Positions 55,901 to 64,000 of a stretch of 64,000 bases of DNA are shown piece by piece; within the stretch, counting starts at the first letter, position 1; the number at the start of each line of letters is the position of its first letter. Both the position numbers and the translations under genes were made by a program. The stretch spans positions 15,128,001 through 15,192,000 of the forward strand of contig OZ316776.1 in NCBI GenBank assembly GCA_973851085.1. Direction: 5' to 3'. Under the pieces are notes generated by a model. The model had not been told where the DNA came from. It searched no databases and was given only the letters and a program-made list of their open reading frames with translations. Origin of the DNA: Ptychomitrium polyphyllum (lineage: Eukaryota).

Positions 55901-58900
55901 AAACCCAGCCGGGTGGCAGTGGTGGTTCAGTAAATTCCTGTTGAAAAACATTCGTCTCGTCAGATAGTAATGAGAAGAGAAGATTTTTGTCACAGTTAAG
56001 TTACGTACATCAGAAAATGTTTTTGTGACGCAACTCTGTTTCTTACACGTTTCAAACGAACGAGATCTTACATAATAAGTATTTGAGTAGTCACGATTAC
56101 TCCAACGACTTGGATCACCAGGGAGCATATAACCAGGCCATTTGCTACCCCAGCCTCCCAAAGGCTGATACCGTTGATTTTCGAAAATTTCCTGAGTAAC
56201 TGTAGAGATATTGGCCTCCAAGTTCTTAGAAGACTCATCTGAAGTGTTGAGAAGAGGAAAAGGACAAAGGCATATATCCAGTGCCATATCAGTATTGTTC
56301 AGAATCGTTATGAGGCTTCGCACTTTCACGCATTTTTTATTCTGTTCCATAGTTACCTCTACAGCTAAAGCCCTTCTACTAATCTCCTTCGGAACTGTAG
56401 TGGCTGGTAGAATTGATCGGAGTCCTGTCCATGGACCTTCCGGACACACAGCTAACCAGAGCCCAATATCTGCACCTTTTATATCATCTTTGGCTTCAAG
56501 GCCCACCATGTTCTCTTTTTTCTTACTGTTTACAGAGAAAAAGCACATGCTCACAGTTATCACACCCCAGCTCTTCGTTTGCGCCTCGTGATCGTCAGGT
56601 CCACTCTGTAATAAAAAAATAAGAAGGATAAATCATAATCTGGCCAAAGAACCAACAGATATGAATGCTTCATCTTCCCAGGCCTGAAGCTAAAATAGAC
56701 GCAGGTGGAAACTAGACTCCTTCACAAATAATTTCTCAATCAAATAGCTAAATCATGAAATGCGCTTCCACCTGTGAATCGGATAAAGCCTAAAGAGCTT
56801 ATCAACGACAATCAGTTTAGCAAATCTGGAAGAGTTAAAACAGAGCTCCGTAGCAAAGCCAATGTATCTAAAATTAACTTGCTCCAACCGAAATGAAGTA
56901 GAAGAGCCGAACCATTTTTCGAGGTTGTGATAGAGAATAAACTTTAGTTTCTACAGCAGACAAAGAAGCTGCAGGACCCTGCTTCAGGGATCGTCGAACC
57001 ACATTCCATAACGTTGATGATTGTGATGCGTCTTTCCCAGTATTTCTGTCAATTAAAATAGAGGCCACACCTACAGCTTCCCCTGCAAACACAAAATTTA
57101 ATTTTCAGTGCGCTGCCCCTTATCAATAAGAACCTTTCACTATTGTCTTAGGGTGACTGCCATATCTTCAACTTCCAGCAGAAGCTAAGAATCCAAACCA
57201 CCTACCCTTTCCGCCTCTTGCAGCTTGATTGGATATCAGAACTTCCAGAGTCGCAGAGCCCTGCAAATAAGAATCAAAATTAGGTGATGAAAAGCCCTTA
57301 CTAGAGCAACGAAGATGCCACAGTTATGTGTAAAAAATCTTCTTACTAATGAAAATTACAAGTAGCAGTGATAAAGGACTTTGCCATTGAACCTAGCAAG
57401 TTAGTCTCATTTAGGGTCTATCTAAGAAAGAAGAAAAAACTGGAAGATTGGCATGCTCAAGTTACTGCATACTGACAATAAATTCAAAGAGATACGTTGA
57501 CAGATAGATATATCCACCAAATCTAAACAAAGCCAAGAGCCCGTATCGATGAACAAGAATGGATGTTTGAAAACATCACGACGCAGTTGATGTACGATGT
57601 ACCTTCTGAGGTAGTTCAAAGATGAACACTTCAGTCCACTTAGCGTCAGCAAGTAAACATTCCGAACCCTGAATAACGGCACTAGAATGAACACAACGAG
57701 ACCTCGCACTTTGAGGAAGTGTCCTTTGCTCGTCAGTTGACTTCATGGTAGCTAGTTTCAAAGAACACATAAAGTCTTGATCATTTCCATCGCCATTAAC
57801 ATGCAATTCCTACACATCGAAAATTGAATTATATAAGATAATCCCGCATACACAGCTATTGCCGAGTATGATGAGCAAATGAAAACATCGACAAGCAAAA
57901 GTCCACATGGAGACTGACATTTAGTTTTCAGGTTGCTTTAGCTTTAGCCATCAACTTTCTTAACCATGTTAATCAACTGCAAAGTTCAGCTAATCATTCT
58001 GAAAAACGAAGATTCAATAGTGGTATTATACAAGCACACGGTTGGAAAAAACAGAAAATTATAAGCTCAAAAAACCAGAAGAGTTGGAATATTTTGTACC
58101 CTTGCTTCAGAGACATGTACGGCGGCAAAGTGGCGTGGTGGTAAAGTATCGGTATCATCAACAAAAATGTCAGGGAATCGTGCTGGCGGCAAGTGAACCA
58201 TATGATTGCTATCCTTAGGTAAACACTCCACTTGCTCAAAGTTATCCACGAACCTCCTCATGTACAAATCACATCCGAGTGTGTTCTGAACTAGGAATTT
58301 CTCCAACTCGTCCTCTTCCAGTGCGCAATTCAAGGTATCATGACTTGGTTCTCCATAGTCACTCCCTTCCTGCAGAAAACACATGCATTACCAATAAACT
58401 TGATGTAGCTTGTCAAATAATACAGGTCCTTAAACTTGAGGAGTGGGTTAAAAATTCATTTTAATTGACAGCAGCCCTTGCACATGTTAAATCTATATAC
58501 GATGGTTTGCATCAGAACGAAGATTATTTCACGCCTATAATGGATATACCTATGTATTTTGAGCAATTTATTCTATGTTCCTTACAGGTTAAAGCTCATA
58601 GTCTAAATGCTTAGGGGTACTTACGATATCATCTCCAAAAACTCTTCTGAACATCTGATGACAAAAAACATACCATTTCAAGCGACATACGAGCTTGCTC
58701 TTCTGATTCAGTCCGTTTCCGCCATGACATGACAGATTCTACAAGAGTTTCCAAGCCTGCAGAAGTGACATTCACGTTAACAGCATTCGCAGCAGTTATA
58801 CGTATTCGCTTGCCAACCTTGAATGGGGCCTCTGAATCCGCATCGTAAGATTCATACCTGTCAAAACACAGACAAGCGATGTGATAAGAGAATGTTTCGA

Positions 58901-61900
58901 TTAGGGGTTAGAATAACAAGTGGAAAGGCTAGGTCCAACAGAAGTCAAATGGAGGAAATGTATAATATAAACAGCGGCAAAGGCGAGAGCACAAAAAGCA
59001 AACAAATTCTGATTTAGCACTATACATACAAAAACAAAGTGAGACCGAAAGACCTCAAAACGACGAGTAGCCCCAGGATAAATATTAAAATTGTAACCAC
59101 TGTGATTAAGACGACTCACTTGAAGATCCCTTCAAATGGTTCAATAAAGGGTTCCCAGCATTCTAGCTGTGTATTGAAAGTTGAGGCAGCCATGTTTGTG
59201 ACAATCACAGCACTCATTGCTTCCAACCGCCCATTTGCAGCAAGGTTTATGTTTGTTATTGTCGTGTTGACAAGTGGTGTCATCTGAATAAGAAACGAAA
59301 TGGAACAGATTAGAATCCGCAAACCATTATATCGAACGGGTTTTTCAGATGAAAGAAAAGACTAAGAGAAAAATTCCACCAAAAGGAAATTTACCAAACC
59401 ACTCATATCATCGAACACAGTAGCAGAGATTCGCCCAATCTTGATCTCTGCAGATAGCTTATCCCGTGCTTTCTTCTTCCCATCAGCTAAAGCATATGCC
59501 ATCCTCGCTGGTGGGCACTTCAAGTCTGGCCTTGCAAAGAAAGTGTTGGCCTGAATCATAGCAAAATGAATAACATAAGCTGAGTTTCAACAAGCAGTCA
59601 AAAATGTACAAAAAAGTCTATAAGAGCACATCAATTCAAGAGAGGGCACTATAAAAAGCATGTTCCATCAACTTTTAGTATGTATGATTTTTAAGGTCAA
59701 ACGTAGCCATCAGTATAGACACAATCACGTGAGAGGAAGATACTTAACCTCATTCTCAACCCTCCACATGCTGCAGCTATATACCCCACGAGCTCCGGAC
59801 ATGCTCCACACTGAATTAGGACTCCGTTCTGAAGACAGAGACCAAATTACAGGTTTGGAAAGTCGTGATTGAGTGACCAGATCAACACGCAAACAACGAA
59901 CCAAATCAAGCGAGGGCATTTGCTGTGTTTTCGTGACTACACAGCCAACTGCGACATAGTCAGTTGGAGCTACTGGAAACCAAACAACAACGTCTTCAAG
60001 CCCTCTCCCAGTAGTGTGCATGCGTTGAAGATAACGCAGTGGCTTTGCAAGGCGACCGGTATTGTTATCACGCAAGACAACGCCAACACTAGGCGGTTCC
60101 AAACTACAATCAAAACAAATAAAAACACCTTATCAGATAAAATTCAATCGAAGACATTGAAAGCCTCTGAGTTTCTTACAGGAAACTTCAGTTGTAAGCG
60201 AATTGATTGGAGCATATCAACGTCTGGGATAGACAAGAAAGTGGTACAAATAATGCAAAAAAATTAGTTAAAATACACCGTTCAGCTACGAACAAAAGAG
60301 AGAACTTCTAACTCACCGCGACACATCAAACAGCATACCACTTCTGAGATTCTTAGCAGATACGATAATAAACAATATACGAACATTAAACAACCTCACT
60401 GCGCAGTTGGAGCTGCTGATCCAGATTGTTATTAATTAAGAGCATAAAGAGAAAGTCGCGTACCCTCGAACTAGGCAATCCCCAACGATGGCATAACCAG
60501 CGGGAATAACAGGCCGCCAAATGGATGCTGCAGGACGACTTTCTGAACCTTTATCCCACCACATCCGCTCAAATTGTGGAGTTGTAATCAGATAGCGACC
60601 CGTCGTCTGCCTCCCACTAGCCAGGGAATCAACGCGAGAGTTGACACTCGGCAATCTTCTCAATGAACCTTGATTAGATCCCGAGTCTGCTTTGATTTCA
60701 GGTCTATCCATATCCGTGCTAATGTGGGATACTGTTCTTAAGAGCGTCTCACTGAGGTCAAGTATTAGTGGCCGTGACGGAGGCGTTGTGAAGAAATGTG
60801 CATAAAAGGACCCAGCAGAATTTTCCATGCGCCAAATGCTGCAACCATTTTTATATTTCCCTCTGTGGTCAACCAATCCATAGTCTCGTAAGTAATTTAC
60901 ATATTAAACAAAACAGTGGTAGTAGAATAAATGTACAACAACTACTATCTAAAAAGCAAATGAGAAGAGAGTAACAGGGACGTACTGAGAACCTCAAACC
61001 ACATAACCTGCTTCGACAAGCTCTTAGCAAAAGGAACCTAGCCTACTCTCCAAGAGACTATTCTCGAAGCTATATAGTGGTAAGAGCTTTGCAGTATCCA
61101 AGGTGGAACTCACCCATCATCAGGTGGACAGTAGTAAATGCAGTCACTTAAAGATCCTGAAGTCACCATATCAGATCGAATGCATCGAACAGAGCTTAAA
61201 GATGGCGGTGATAAACCCCTCTCAGCGACGCAGCCTAGAGAGATATAACCTGGAGGAGCAACTGGCATCCAAACGCAACAGTGCTCAGAGTCAACGCCGT
61301 CTATTTCTGCATCAGCTCTAACTCCAGATTCAATATCACCTCTGCTTGACCAAAGAAGATCAAACTCGATGGGTTTTTGAGCGAATTTAGAATTGCTGCT
61401 GATAGCCATGACTGCCTGTGTGGGTGGGGCAATTCTGCAGTACAAGAATCGGTTTCGATAAGATGACTATAATCCATGTGAAATGATTAATTTATGACAA
61501 GGTTATAAAATCTCCGTCGAAAGTACATCTCAAAAGACATGTGAATATGATGTAGTCAATTACCCAGAGGTTGCACAGTCACTGATGATCAGGTAACCTG
61601 AAGGAGCTCGAGGGCGCCATATAGCAACTTGCTGAGTTGTATTGTCACCTAAAATGAAAGCAACATTATCAAAACATTCGATATTTGATCACTCAACATT
61701 AACAAAATTTAGCAAGAAAGGAAAAAAATGGTTGACACAATGTAATCTCTAGAAGTTGCAATCTATACCTACTCCGGCTATATATTCCTACTTCTTTTTA
61801 AAGAGGTCATAACACTAACACACTGGAAGGATCACAACTAGTGCCTCAAAGCAGGTCTGCATGCAAAACTAACATCTTAAACTCACAAGGATCCCAAACT

Positions 61901-64000
61901 ACGCATAATTCTCAGCAACGAGTGCCAATAAAACTTAATGTTGTTGAAGGGAGCATATTTCCTAACAAACTTTCAACACGTACCAGAAGTGTTCACCCAT
62001 ATTCTGTCGAAGTGAGTACACCGAGCAAGAGCCGGAACTGCACCGATATTAAAGGTTGATAAGGCATCATCTTGGAATCGCAAAATGAGAGAGAGAACAT
62101 TAAATGTAAGTCGCGTTGATAAGTCAGACACTCCTGCTGTTAATGTGATCTTCTCTTGAACACATGCATACTCTGCAGAAGCATCTGTTGGAGCAACAAC
62201 CACTAACCCAGAACCACCTTCCACAGTGAGCCCTTTCACTACACCCTTGATCCACTTGTCATTTCCCTTGGACGCTATCCTGAAATGCCACGTATGCAAT
62301 AACAGTAAGATCCAAGTTTACATACCAAATAAATCAAAACCATTCACAGTCCAAACTACCAAAAAACAGCACCATCAAGAATATCTATGCGAGGGCCGAA
62401 GAACCGAGCCCCAAGGCTTTGATAGTACATAAAACAAGATAGTCATATTACTTACAGTTAAGGTACTTAGGGATAAAAGAATAAGCACAGAATGAGACAA
62501 TTGAAGATAAACCAGACACTAAAATGATGCATGAAAGAACACGTTAAAAATTATATGTAATTCCGCGAATCAGACACTAAAACCCTCCATCTGAGTCTTT
62601 TCAATCTGTTTTTGAAATCCATTCGTTCCAACTTGCCTTAGAAGCAGGCTAATCCATTCTATTACATTCAGCGGAAACAGGGCTGTTGAAATAAGCTCTT
62701 CTTCACAGAAACTCAAAATAGGAAGCCTCAAAATCCCATGACTCACTTCACATAATTCCATTTCACGGCAGTCATATAATTCCTGACTGGGAGAGTACAT
62801 AATAGCTTACATGATGTAGCAGTCCAAATTGGCCCTCAGCACTCTTTCCCGTCGTGGACCACTAGCAGGCCACTTGGAGCTGTCATAGAAAGTAAGCTCT
62901 GGTGCAACAGCCTGTAACATGTTTGGATGTAAACAAGAAAATCAATGATCTTTCCATCGCCTACATATAAAATTTATTTAGGTTCACCGAACAAGTTGAT
63001 GTTGCACTACAGTCGAAGAAGACAACAGTAGGTGGCATATTTAGGGAGATTATATAAACGAAAATCAGGATATGTTCGTCAAATTTCAAAAGAACAGAGT
63101 GTCCCATCACAAACCATGTAGCTAAGGACGACATGATAGACGACACAGAAAGCAAATTAGGGCGTAAACTCAAGTTTACTACGTTCTCACAGCAATATTT
63201 CAAGCATGTTATAATTAGTATAGCTTGAAAAAGAACTAACTTGTATTGTTTAGAGTTTGATGTTATTAAAATTCCAAATTGTGTGGGAAAAAGCCTCAGA
63301 GCGGAGTACGACGCGGTAGAGAATGGTATTTGCGATTCACCACCAGTCCGCAATCAGTTCAATGTCCACAACCAGTACATCCTTATCATAAACGTCACCT
63401 GAATATCAAGGACGTAATTGCTGCCTGTGGCCTTCTGCTCCTCGCTAGATTTCTTAGTCGAGCTTCCACTAGTTGATAGTAGAGAATCTTTGTGCGGTGC
63501 TGCTTGTATAGAGATCCCACCCGAGGAATCCACACCTATGCCTTCAAGAATGACGCCATCGTCGAGAGAAGCAGTGTAGGCACTGTCTGTACTAAGGTGG
63601 ACACATTCACTCAACCAAAATCCATTCTGCAACCAACAAGAGCCCCTGTGAGACAAACTCAAGTCACGCGACATTGCTCTATCAATTTTCTTACGACTTC
63701 CACAGGAAAAAATGACAAGCAACGTGACATCAACAGACAAAACAATATTCATTTCTACATCTGCAACAGTTTAACTTGACAATATAAAGCATGCCAGTGT
63801 CAATTAGAAAACTGCTGTAAGAGCGATGATGAATATAAAACTGAAAATATTGTCTATATACTGTAGCAGCTCAAATGATCAAATGAAATAACTTGGATCC
63901 CTGAAGTGTAGGTTTTACCAAAAGACCCAAAGAAGCTTTTAACAGATGTTGAGAAATTAACACCACAGACAATGTACTCAAGGAAGTACGGGCTCACCTC
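46927..64000 (-). CDS. VPS13: VPS13 lipid-transfer protein, large plant form with Vps62-like repeats, C2-like, DysF/peroxin-like, VAB/SHR-BD and ATG_C regions. 5'-partial, continues beyond the window
   Basis: Many GT-AG exons. Vps62-type IWRP..P.GY..GDC repeats at about 59.8-61.7 kb and 47-47.9 kb; [94 protein letters not shown]. Stop at 46927-46929. Confidence 0.95.

Overview
Eukaryotic, intron-rich land-plant nuclear DNA. A moss/bryophyte origin is my inference from gene content and protein style. Genes in order: the 3' end of a GRAM/GEM-like gene; a VPS29 copy with an in-frame TAG in exon 2; plastid BCCP (-); a cyanobacterial-type Ser/Thr kinase (-); a PH-RhoGAP of the REN/PHGAP type (+); a divergent ABP1-like cupin (-); an intronless GT25-like type II membrane glycosyltransferase (+); an F-box gene (-); a cluster of gene fragments (trihelix C-terminus, CCR/DFR-like pseudogene, kinase fragment); and the 3' ~17 kb of a VPS13 gene with Vps62-type repeats (-). 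Repeats include an 85-bp x5 tandem array, an 18-bp minisatellite, microsatellites, a probable copia LTR remnant and AT-rich degenerate blocks. The best leads are the GT25-like gene (HGT candidate), the ABP1 paralog lacking both disulfide cysteines, the VPS29 nonsense codon and a glycine-zipper-like segment in VPS13. I found no clearly new multi-gene system. Family calls come from motif recognition by eye, not database searches, and exon boundaries are manual predictions.
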